NCBI GenBank assembly: GCA_031554255.1 | Contig: JAVBKC010000020.1 | Coordinates: 2,120 to 66,119, forward strand | DNA: 64,000 nucleotides | DNA from: Niveibacterium sp. | GTDB lineage: Bacteria > Pseudomonadota > Gammaproteobacteria > Burkholderiales > Rhodocyclaceae | Direction: 5' to 3' | Part shown: piece after piece, positions 27,590 through 35,399 of the stretch | Position numbering within the stretch: the first letter of the stretch is position 1 | Layout of the letters: each line of letters starts with the position of its first letter | Translations under genes and position numbers: made by a program | The notes under the pieces: generated by a model | Told to the model about the DNA's origin: nothing | Database searches by the model: none | Seen by the model: the letters and a program-made list of their open reading frames with translations, nothing else

Positions 27590-28528
27590 ATGCGACTCGC
27601 GCCCGAAATCACGGCGAAACTGATCTTTGAGGCAACCGACAAGGAAGACCCTTACAGCGCAATTCTGTTGAACGGCATGCCAATCGGGGTGTTCGTATTG
27701 GGCGAATACTTGGAAGCGGCCCTTGCCTGGCACGATTGTTTCGTTGTGCTATTAAGCGACAATTGCTTCGCAGAAGCTATCTATATTCACCTATTAGATG
27801 CAAAGGGCAATCTGATTGATTCGGCGGTTATTGGTACGATCTTGTCATTGGGGAACTTTAGGTCATTTCAGATAACAGGATCTGATCAGTTTTCATTTAG
27901 CTTCTTTGCCGACGATCAGTTTCAGGTAACCCTGCTTTCCAGACCGCGCTTCCGCGGATTCTGGCCCGCAGCTTTTGGCCTGCTACGGGGATTCATGTAT
28001 CTTAGGGTGGGCTGGTGGCGCCATTTCAGCATCCGCCGACAGGTATTCGTTGCCGAGAAAACCAAGGACGGTATGCGCTTGGCGCCCGAGATCACGGCCG
28101 AACTACTCGTCAAAGGACGCGCCGGGAAAGCTTCTTATAGCGCAATTCTTTTGAACGGCAGTGCAATCGGAGCGTCCGTGAAAGGCGAGCGTCTGGTGAC
28201 GGCCCTTGCCTGGGGCGATTTTTTTGTTGTGCTTTTCGCTGACACTTGTGCCTTCGCCACCCGCATCTACGTCCATTTTCTGGATTCTAAAGGACGACTA
28301 CTGGATTCTGCGATTATTGGAGCCTTCTCTTCAGAGGGAAATTTTAGATCGTTGCAGATAACCGGATTAAATCAGTTTTCGTTCCGCTTTCATGCCGAAG
28401 ATATATGGCATATTGAGCTATTCTCAGAATTACGCTTACGTTGGCCATTGCCTTGGTCAAAATCTCGGCTCGCTTGGAGGGGTTTTAGGCTGTGGCACCA
28501 TTTCGATGTCCGCCAACAAACTCGCTGA
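27590..28528 (+). CDS. Hypothetical protein made of two fused tandem copies of an unknown ~160-aa domain (candidate cognate immunity/partner)
   Basis: The ATG at 27590 lies 23 nt after the stop of the upstream gene. Residues 1-161 and 162-312 align end to end (MRLAPEITAKL.. / MRLAPEITAEL.., SAILLNG, ALAW.D.FVVL, IY.H.LD.KG.L.DSA.IG, GNFRS.QITG..QFSF.F). The region is AT-rich. Confidence 0.7.
   Translation: MRLAPEITAKLIFEATDKEDPYSAILLNGMPIGVFVLGEYLEAALAWHDCFVVLLSDNCFAEAIYIHLLDAKGNLIDSAVIGTILSLGNFRSFQITGSDQFSFSFFADDQFQVTLLSRPRFRGFWPAAFGLLRGFMYLRVGWWRHFSIRRQVFVAEKTKDGMRLAPEITAELLVKGRAGKASYSAILLNGSAIGASVKGERLVTALAWGDFFVVLFADTCAFATRIYVHFLDSKGRLLDSAIIGAFSSEGNFRSLQITGLNQFSFRFHAEDIWHIELFSELRLRWPLPWSKSRLAWRGFRLWHHFDVRQQTR
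27590..28528 (+). repeat. In-frame tandem duplication, unit about 483 nt (copy 1 at 27590-28072, copy 2 at 28073-28528)
   Basis: Both copies begin atgcg(a/c)(c/t)t(c/g)gcgcccga(a/g)atcacggc. By eye the protein copies are roughly half identical. Confidence 0.85.
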
Positions 28529-28865
28529 CGGGGAACTCGACGACTACGCGGGGTCGCCCGTCTGCGAAGTATATCGGCGGGCGTGCCCCGCAGGCCGCTA
28601 CGAACTACATTATATGAATGTATTGCCGTCCTACGCCGAGAGACCGATAAGCATTGCAATATTGCAGGTCTGGGATATACGACAAGACTGGTGAGCCTTT
28701 CAAGGACGCTCCGCCGCCAAGCTCGAACCACCATGCACGGAATTTGAACCGAGTCTTGCCTGCCTTGCGCAGCGGCGCGCTGCGGCATCGAATCGTCGGC
28801 AGCGCGGAAGGCTTCTTCGCCCGCAAACTCTCATGCAATAACGCCCACGCGGCAACGAAACACCA

Positions 28866-30662
28866 ATGAATCAGCCTAGCCAAAATCCCTCCGACATTGC
28901 CCGCGAAGCATTGCTCCGGATCGCGGTCAACCGCGTCCCGCCAACTCCGGACAATTTCCGCAAGTTCTACGAAGAGATCGCAGGAACAAGCGAAGAAGAG
29001 AGCTTTCCCAAGCGCGAACTGCGTTCTCTGTGGACCGCGCTGGCGCGCAAAACCGCCAAGCAGAAACAGATTGCGCAACGTTTTGAACGTGCAATCGGCG
29101 ATGCGGATTGGACGAATTTCCGTGCGCAAATGAAGCAGCTCCTGCAGGAGGCCGCCGAGACGAGTCCGCCCTGGGGCATTTTGATCCACGATCTGCTCGC
29201 GCAGCTCGAACGCCCCCATGCGGAGATTTCAAACGAGCAGAAACGCAAGGCCATCGAACAGGTGCTCGCCGTGAGCCCCGACGACGAGCTGCAACTATTC
29301 CAGCAGATCCGGGGCGTCATCCGGAGCTGGCGTACCGAGCCTCCGGCAGACCCTGCCGCGCGAATCGAAGCGCCGCCGGAAATCAAAGCCACGATAAAAC
29401 AGGAGCCAGAGCCGCAGGCGCCTGCCGAAGAAATCGATCCGCGCGAATTCGACATGCGCCCGCTTGTCGCGCATATCCTCGAAGAAGCCGTCGCAGGCTT
29501 GCTCGTCGAAGCGCCCGAACTGGCCGAATCGGCAAAGGCGCTCGCGGCCGAATTGCGCCAGCCCGAGGACGAATTCGATGCCAAGGAATTTCTCAGCCGG
29601 CTGCGCAGCTTCTCGTACTCGGTCGAATGGAATGCGCAGGATCAGGCCGGCGTTCGCAATGGCCTCGTCAAGCTGCTACGGCTCGTCTTCGAAAATATCA
29701 ACGATATCGTGCTCGGCGATAGCCGGATGCAGGGGAAAATCGCCGACGCGCTCACGATCACCGAGGGTCCGCTCGATCGCAAAGCGATCGATAACCTGAG
29801 TCAGCGCCTGCAAGATCTGATCCTGAAACAAAGCGCGCTCAAGAAGAGTCTTGTCGAAACGCAGGAGCGGCTCAAGACGCTGCTTACCCGCTTCGTCGAG
29901 CATCTCGCAACGCTTTTCGATTCGACCGAAGACTACCGCGAACGCATCAAACGCTGCGCAATACAGGTCGCAAACGCTGCATCGATCAACGATCTTTCCA
30001 CCGTCATAGAGGATCTGGCGCGCGAAACGCGCAGCGTACAGATGTACGCGGAGGCGTCGCGCAGTAATTTCTCGGGATTGCGCGACGAGGTCGATAGCGC
30101 CAACGAGGAAATCGCGCGACTGCAAAACGAACTCACGACGACAAGCCTGCTCGTGCGTCACGACCCCTTGACCGGCGCGCTCAACCGCCAGGGCATGGAC
30201 GAGATGCTCGCGCGCGAAATCGACCTGGCTCGGCGCCAGAACAAATCGCTTTGCCTCACGCTGATCGATGTCGACGATTTCAAACAAATCGGCGAGCGTC
30301 TCGGCCAAAAGGCCGGCGACGATGCACTTGTCCACCTGGCGCGGGCGCTCGGCGATCTCGTGCGGCCGCAGGATTCCATCGCGCGTTACGGCAGCGAAGA
30401 GTTCGTCATCATCCTGCCCGACACCGACATCGACGAGGCCGCCATGATCATTCGTCGCCTCCAGCGCGAAGCCACGCGCCGCTTCTTCATGCATGAAAAA
30501 CGCAAGCAGCTCGTCACGTTCTCGGCTGGCGTTTGCGAACTGGCCACGGACGAAACGCCGGAACAAGCCTTGGATCGCGCCGCCGCAGCAATGCAGGAAG
30601 CCAGGCGCTCGGGGAAAAACCGCGTCGAGATCGCCCTCGGACCCGACATGCCAGAGGCGTAA
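28866..30662 (+). CDS. GGDEF-domain protein with a long coiled-coil N-terminal region; degenerate active site, intact I-site
   Basis: 598 aa. C-terminus DPLTGALNRQGMD...DVDDFKQIGERLGQKAGD...RPQDSIARYGSEEF...ARRSGKNRV. No TM segments or recognisable sensor domain. Confidence 0.85.
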   Translation: MNQPSQNPSDIAREALLRIAVNRVPPTPDNFRKFYEEIAGTSEEESFPKRELRSLWTALARKTAKQKQIAQRFERAIGDADWTNFRAQMKQLLQEAAETSPPWGILIHDLLAQLERPHAEISNEQKRKAIEQVLAVSPDDELQLFQQIRGVIRSWRTEPPADPAARIEAPPEIKATIKQEPEPQAPAEEIDPREFDMRPLVAHILEEAVAGLLVEAPELAESAKALAAELRQPEDEFDAKEFLSRLRSFSYSVEWNAQDQAGVRNGLVKLLRLVFENINDIVLGDSRMQGKIADALTITEGPLDRKAIDNLSQRLQDLILKQSALKKSLVETQERLKTLLTRFVEHLATLFDSTEDYRERIKRCAIQVANAASINDLSTVIEDLARETRSVQMYAEASRSNFSGLRDEVDSANEEIARLQNELTTTSLLVRHDPLTGALNRQGMDEMLAREIDLARRQNKSLCLTLIDVDDFKQIGERLGQKAGDDALVHLARALGDLVRPQDSIARYGSEEFVIILPDTDIDEAAMIIRRLQREATRRFFMHEKRKQLVTFSAGVCELATDETPEQALDRAAAAMQEARRSGKNRVEIALGPDMPEA

Positions 30663-30694
30663 TCGGGCGTTCCTCGCCTCGCGTATTGCGCGCC

Positions 30695-31477
30695 TCAATC
30701 CTCGCCTTGTTTTTCCATCAGATCGCGCGCAAAACAAAGATCTTCCCAGCTCTTGCGCTTGTCGGCCGGGTTGCGCAGCAGATAGGCAGGGTGATAGGTC
30801 ACAGTGACGGGAATCCCGCCAAATCGATAGGCGCGGCCACGCGCACCGGCGATCCGCACTTCCTGATCGAGCAAGATCTGCGCGGCAGGACGGCCGAGCG
30901 CGACGATGAGCCTGGGCCGCACGAGCGCGATCTGGCGTTCAAGATACGGAAAACACGCGGCGGTTTCTTCGGCCTCCGGCGTGCGGTTGTTAGGCGGCCG
31001 GCATTTGACCGTATTGGCGATATAAACGCCGCGCCCGCGCGCCAGCCCGATTGCCGCGAGCATCGCATCGAGCAAACGTCCGGCCTGGCCGACGAACGGC
31101 TCGCCGCGCTCGTCCTCCTCGGCCCCTGGACCTTCGCCGACGAACATCCAATCGGCATCGCGGTCGCCGACGCCGAGCACCGCCTGCTTACGCCGTTCGC
31201 ACAGCCGGCATTTGCGACAGCCGGCGACGATCTCGCCAAGTTCGTCCCATGTCCATTCGGGCGCCGATCCGCCCATGACAGGCGACTGAACGATTTGCAC
31301 CGGCGTCTTGTCGCGCGCAAAATCGACGCGCGCAAGTACATCGCCGAGCGGCGCGGGGAGATCCTGCGCGCGGGGCGCCTCCACCGGCACGTCGGCAACA
31401 TCTTCCGCAGCAGACGCCCGCAGGCGCCAAACCGGGCCAAGCCCCATGCGCGCGAGCGTCTTGCCGGAAACCATCAA
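30695..31477 (-). CDS. Uracil-DNA glycosylase, family 4
   Basis: Contains CRKCRLC...WMFVGEGPGAEEDERGEPFVGQAGRLLD...YIANTVKCRPPNNRTP...HPAYLLRNP. Confidence 0.9.
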   Translation of the reverse strand: MMVSGKTLARMGLGPVWRLRASAAEDVADVPVEAPRAQDLPAPLGDVLARVDFARDKTPVQIVQSPVMGGSAPEWTWDELGEIVAGCRKCRLCERRKQAVLGVGDRDADWMFVGEGPGAEEDERGEPFVGQAGRLLDAMLAAIGLARGRGVYIANTVKCRPPNNRTPEAEETAACFPYLERQIALVRPRLIVALGRPAAQILLDQEVRIAGARGRAYRFGGIPVTVTYHPAYLLRNPADKRKSWEDLCFARDLMEKQGED

Positions 31478-31923
31478 AGCCCCCTCATCATTACGATTGC
31501 ATCCTCGCGCCCGTCGGCCGCCGGATAGTAGGCCCTGCGACGCCCGACGACCACGAAACCCTCGCGCTCGTAAAGACGAGCGGCAGCCAGGTTGGAGGGC
31601 CGCACCTCAAGGAAGATCGACACCGCGCCCAGCGCCGCCGCCCGCGCGTAGAGATGGTGCAGCATCCGCGTGGCGACGCCGCGTCGCTGAAAGTCGCGCG
31701 CAACACCGATATCGAGTAGATGCGCCTCGTCGATCGCGTGCATCAGAACCGCGAACGCGAGCGGGCGTCCACCGCTCTCGACAACCCATACGTCATGGCC
31801 TCCCGCGAGCGAGTCGCAAAAATTCCTCTCGCTCCAGGGGAAGCCCTGCAACTGATGCTCAAGTTCGACGATCCAGGGTAGATCGCCTTCCACGCCGGCC
31901 CGGATCGATAATGTTTTTGTCAT
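31474..31923 (-). CDS. rimI: Ribosomal-protein-alanine N-acetyltransferase
   Basis: 149-aa GNAT protein containing LLDIGVARDFQRRGVATRML...LEVRPSNLAAARLYEREGF. Sits between tsaB and UDG with ATGA overlaps on both sides. Confidence 0.85.
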   Translation of the reverse strand: MTKTLSIRAGVEGDLPWIVELEHQLQGFPWSERNFCDSLAGGHDVWVVESGGRPLAFAVLMHAIDEAHLLDIGVARDFQRRGVATRMLHHLYARAAALGAVSIFLEVRPSNLAAARLYEREGFVVVGRRRAYYPAADGREDAIVMMRGL

Positions 31924-32609
31924 TTCCTGAGCAAAAGGCGCTCGCGCGTGGTCAGCGCAACCTTGTCGCGCACATATAGCGGCGCGGCTGCAGCCGCGTC
32001 GCCGCGCACACCAGCCGCATAGCGTTGCAGCGCCAGTTCGCAAATTGCGAGCGCCGCTGGCCGAATATCGTCGAACACAGCGGAAAACTCGCCGGGATTC
32101 GCGGCCGCGAGCGCGCCGTCCTTCACGGCAAAACCGGTTCCGACGCCGACCCAGGGACCATCCGCAAGGCGGAACGCCGTCGGATCGACACATTCCATTG
32201 CGCCATCGAGCCGCAACACGCCCGCATCTTTACGAAAACGGGCGATGTAGACCTCGCCCATGCGGGCGTCCAGCGCGCAACAGACGCGATCGGCCGCCGC
32301 CTGCGTGTGCGCCAGCGCTTCGAGCGAGGGGATGCCGATCAACGGAATGTCATTGGCAAGCGCGAGCGCCTGCGCCACGGCGCAACCGCAGCGGATGCTC
32401 GTAAACGCACCGGGACCGCAGTCGTAGGCCAAGGCGTCGAGCATCCCGACCGACACGCCCTGCGCGGCAAGCAGGCTCCCGATTTTAGCCACTAGGGCTT
32501 CCGAGGCGCGCGGCGAATCGTCGGCCAATTCACGAACGAAAATCCGGCCCCCATAACTTAAGGCCAGAGAAATTCTGTCCGTCGAGGATTCGATTGCAAG
32601 CAAAATCAT
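31920..32609 (-). CDS. tsaB: tRNA threonylcarbamoyladenosine (t6A) biosynthesis protein TsaB
   Basis: Contains MILLAIESSTDRISLAL...DALAYDCGPGAFTSIRCGCAVAQALALA. Confidence 0.9.
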   Translation of the reverse strand: MILLAIESSTDRISLALSYGGRIFVRELADDSPRASEALVAKIGSLLAAQGVSVGMLDALAYDCGPGAFTSIRCGCAVAQALALANDIPLIGIPSLEALAHTQAAADRVCCALDARMGEVYIARFRKDAGVLRLDGAMECVDPTAFRLADGPWVGVGTGFAVKDGALAAANPGEFSAVFDDIRPAALAICELALQRYAAGVRGDAAAAAPLYVRDKVALTTRERLLLRK

Positions 32610-32840
32610 TCGGGTATTTTACGTGAAGACGAAGCATAGGCCCGCCACCCGCGCCCGCTTCGATTGCGGTCGCCACCGCTTGTCGCACGAAACCCTGCCA
32701 AATACGTCACAAGGCCGCGCCGCGCGACCCGCTTATTTCGCTATTCACCCCTTCATCATATCCAGCCGTGAAGACCCCGCTATAAAGGCCGAGGCTTCCC
32801 GCAAATTTTTGCGGCGACGGGGAAAGGGGGAGATTCCGAC

Positions 32841-33377
32841 GTGGTATCCGACAAACCCGGAAACCGTGGTTTTACGCTCATCGAGCTGTTAGTCACGCTA
32901 TCGATTGCGGCAATCCTGGCCGCAATCGCGCTGCCAAGTTTCGATGCAACCATCCAGCGCAATCGCATCAGCATAACCGCCAGCAATCTGCAGGCGGATC
33001 TGGCCTATGCAAGAAGCGAAGCGGTGCGCCGCGGCCGTTCCGTTGCACTATGCCCGGCAACACTTGGCGCAAGCGCGTCCTGCAACGGCGGCACCGACTG
33101 GGCCACGGGCTGGATCGTCTTTGTCGATCAGAACGGCAACGGCGCGCTCGACGCGGACGAGAGCGTGCTGCGCCAGCGCAGTCCGGAAAGGAACTTGTCC
33201 GTGTCGCCGTTGAGCGGTTCGCTGGCTTCGGCCAGCGCAATTCGCGCGCTACCGGTCGGAGAGTTTTCCCAGGACGGCGTGATCCGCGTCTGCAAGCCCG
33301 CATACATCGGCGTAGACCTTGCCATTCAACGCGGCGGCGGCATACGGACCCAGCCCAGCGGTACGGTGTGCGCATGA
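32841..33377 (+). CDS. fimT: Type IV pilus minor pilin, GspH/FimT family
   Basis: Prepilin leader [28 protein letters not shown]. First gene of the minor-pilin operon. GTG start. Confidence 0.85.
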   Translation: MVSDKPGNRGFTLIELLVTLSIAAILAAIALPSFDATIQRNRISITASNLQADLAYARSEAVRRGRSVALCPATLGASASCNGGTDWATGWIVFVDQNGNGALDADESVLRQRSPERNLSVSPLSGSLASASAIRALPVGEFSQDGVIRVCKPAYIGVDLAIQRGGGIRTQPSGTVCA

Positions 33378-33925
33378 TGACATCGAAGTATCTCCAGCGC
33401 GGCCTGACGCTGATCGAAAACCTTATCGCCCTGCTGCTTCTGTCGTTCTCGCTGCTCGGCCTGGCGGGGCTGATCGCCAAGACGCTGGTCCGCGAGAAGG
33501 ATGCCGTTTCCCACTCGCTCGCCGCCCTGCAAGCGCAGGACATTGCCGAGCGCATGCGCGCCAATCGCAAGGCTTATGACGCGGGCATTTACTTCGTCTA
33601 TCTGAGCGCAGCTGACACACTCGCCAACGCGCAAAACTGTAGTGCTGGCGGCTTTGCTGCGACGCCCTCCCCCGCCGTTTGTTCGCCGGTCCAGATGGCG
33701 CAGGACGATGCCTTCGACTGGCGCCAATGGGTCGCCAAATCCCTGCCGGGCGGCGTCGCCGTCGTCTGCCGCGACGACACGCCCGACGACGGCAGCGACA
33801 CCGACGTCGCCTGCGACAACGGCAGCCGCATCGCGATCAAAATCTTCTGGCGCGTGGCGCGTGGCGGCGGCCGGGCAAGCGATCGCAGCGACATACAACG
33901 CTTCACGATGGTGTACCAGCCATGA
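33374..33925 (+). CDS. pilV: Type IV pilus modification protein PilV
   Basis: Contains MMTSKYLQRG/LTLIENLIALLLLSFSLLGLAGL. Position and size are typical. Overlaps the fimT stop. Confidence 0.8.
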   Translation: MMTSKYLQRGLTLIENLIALLLLSFSLLGLAGLIAKTLVREKDAVSHSLAALQAQDIAERMRANRKAYDAGIYFVYLSAADTLANAQNCSAGGFAATPSPAVCSPVQMAQDDAFDWRQWVAKSLPGGVAVVCRDDTPDDGSDTDVACDNGSRIAIKIFWRVARGGGRASDRSDIQRFTMVYQP

Positions 33926-34899
33926 AGCCGAATTTCGCCCACCCGCGCGGTTTCACGCTCGTCGAATTGTTGGTCGCGATGACCGTTGGCTTGCTGATTT
34001 CGGGCGTGGCCGCCGCAGTCTTCATCACAAGCAAGACGACCGCCCGGTTCGGGGATGCGCTGGCGCGCTATCAGGAAGGCTTCCGCTATGCCTCCCACAT
34101 ACTCGGGCGCGATATGCGGATGGCTGGCTTCTTCGGCTGCAATTCCGGCCGCACGCCGCTTACAGTCGCTTCCGGCATGCCCGCCGAACTTGCCTACGAC
34201 ACGCCGGTGCGCGGCTACGACGACGCTTCCGCCGCAATCGCGGGGCGCATCGCCGGCACCGACGTGATCAAGCTGCAGTTCGGCGCAGGTGGCGGCTACC
34301 GTCTTTCCTCCGACATGGCCACGGCCGACGCGGCGATCAACATCAATGCCTTGGCGGGCGATTTCGTCGCCGGCGACTACGCCGTCATAGCCGATTGCAG
34401 CAACTCGACGCTTTTCAAGGTGACGGGCGTCACCGGCTCCGGCGCTCCGCTCGCATTGAGCCACGGCGCGGCAGGCAACAGTTCCGCCAGTGTTGCGTCG
34501 CCCTATGCGCGCACTGCCGAAGTATTCGATTTCATTACGAGCTATTACTACGCGGCAACCAGCGCGGATAAGCGGCATGTGCTGATGCGCAGAACGTTGC
34601 GCGGCGGCAGCGCAAGCGACGAGGAAATCGCCGAAGGCATCGACGATCTCCGTTTCCTGTATGGCATAGACACCGATGGCGACACGACCGCCAACAAGTA
34701 TGTCAGGGCGGCGGACGTCGGCGACTGGAGCCGCGTGTTGAGCGTGCGCGTGTGCCTGCTCACGAGCAGTCTCGACGACGGGCTCGCGACGGCACCGCAA
34801 ATCTATTACGACTGCGACGGCGGCGCAGTCACTGCAAGAGATCGTCGCCTGCATGCGCCGGCGTTTTTCACGGTATCCCTGCGTAACCGCACAGGCTGA
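33922..34899 (+). CDS. pilW: Type IV pilus assembly protein PilW
   Basis: Contains HPRG/FTLVELLVAMTVGLLISGVAAAVF. About 325 aa; ATGA overlap with pilV. Confidence 0.8.
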   Translation: MKPNFAHPRGFTLVELLVAMTVGLLISGVAAAVFITSKTTARFGDALARYQEGFRYASHILGRDMRMAGFFGCNSGRTPLTVASGMPAELAYDTPVRGYDDASAAIAGRIAGTDVIKLQFGAGGGYRLSSDMATADAAININALAGDFVAGDYAVIADCSNSTLFKVTGVTGSGAPLALSHGAAGNSSASVASPYARTAEVFDFITSYYYAATSADKRHVLMRRTLRGGSASDEEIAEGIDDLRFLYGIDTDGDTTANKYVRAADVGDWSRVLSVRVCLLTSSLDDGLATAPQIYYDCDGGAVTARDRRLHAPAFFTVSLRNRTG

Positions 34900-34901
34900 T
34901 C

Positions 34902-35399
34902 GTGACCAGATCATCGCAAAACGGTTTTTCGCTCGTCATCGTGCTCGTTTTCATGCTCGTGCTGCTCATGATCGGCATCACCGGCATGCAAGCCTCGGGC
35001 ATGCAGGAACGCATGGCCGGACACAGCCGCGACCGCTCCGTCGCCTTGCAGGCGGCCGAGGCGAGCTTGCGTGCGGCCGAAAACAGGACGCTTTCGCTCG
35101 GCGCCTTCGATGGCGACACAGCCTGCACGAACGGCATTTGCGCCACCGGCTCGGCGCCGGATTCGTTGGGTTACGACTGGAGCGACGGCCGCTCGGCCGC
35201 GCTCGATCCGGCCACGGACGCTTCGCTGCAGCTCTCCTCCGCGCTTGCCGGCAAACCGCGTTATTACCTCGAATTTGCCGGCTTGAAACCGACGCCGGGC
35301 GCCAGCGAGGGCGCGAGCTTCGTGTTCCGCGCGAGTGTCCATGCTGTCGGGCAAAACGCCCGAACCGCCGTCGGATTGCAAAGCACCTATGCTCACTGA
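34902..35399 (+). CDS. pilX: Type IV pilus minor pilin PilX
   Basis: Contains QNGFSLVIVLVFMLVLLMIGITGMQ...RDRSVALQAAEASL, a PilX N-terminal motif. GTG start. Confidence 0.75.
   Translation: MTRSSQNGFSLVIVLVFMLVLLMIGITGMQASGMQERMAGHSRDRSVALQAAEASLRAAENRTLSLGAFDGDTACTNGICATGSAPDSLGYDWSDGRSAALDPATDASLQLSSALAGKPRYYLEFAGLKPTPGASEGASFVFRASVHAVGQNARTAVGLQSTYAH

Noticed and set aside
28508-28694. Possible 62-aa third gene of the islet (MSANKLADGELDDYAGSPVCEVYRR...)
   Set aside because: It has no convincing SD, overlaps the end of the previous gene, and has no recognisable features. It cannot be supported from sequence alone, though it is worth a look in expression data.
29676-30737. 353-aa minus-strand ORF
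   Set aside because: It is antisense to the GGDEF domain of 28866..30662, whose motifs are clear on the plus strand.
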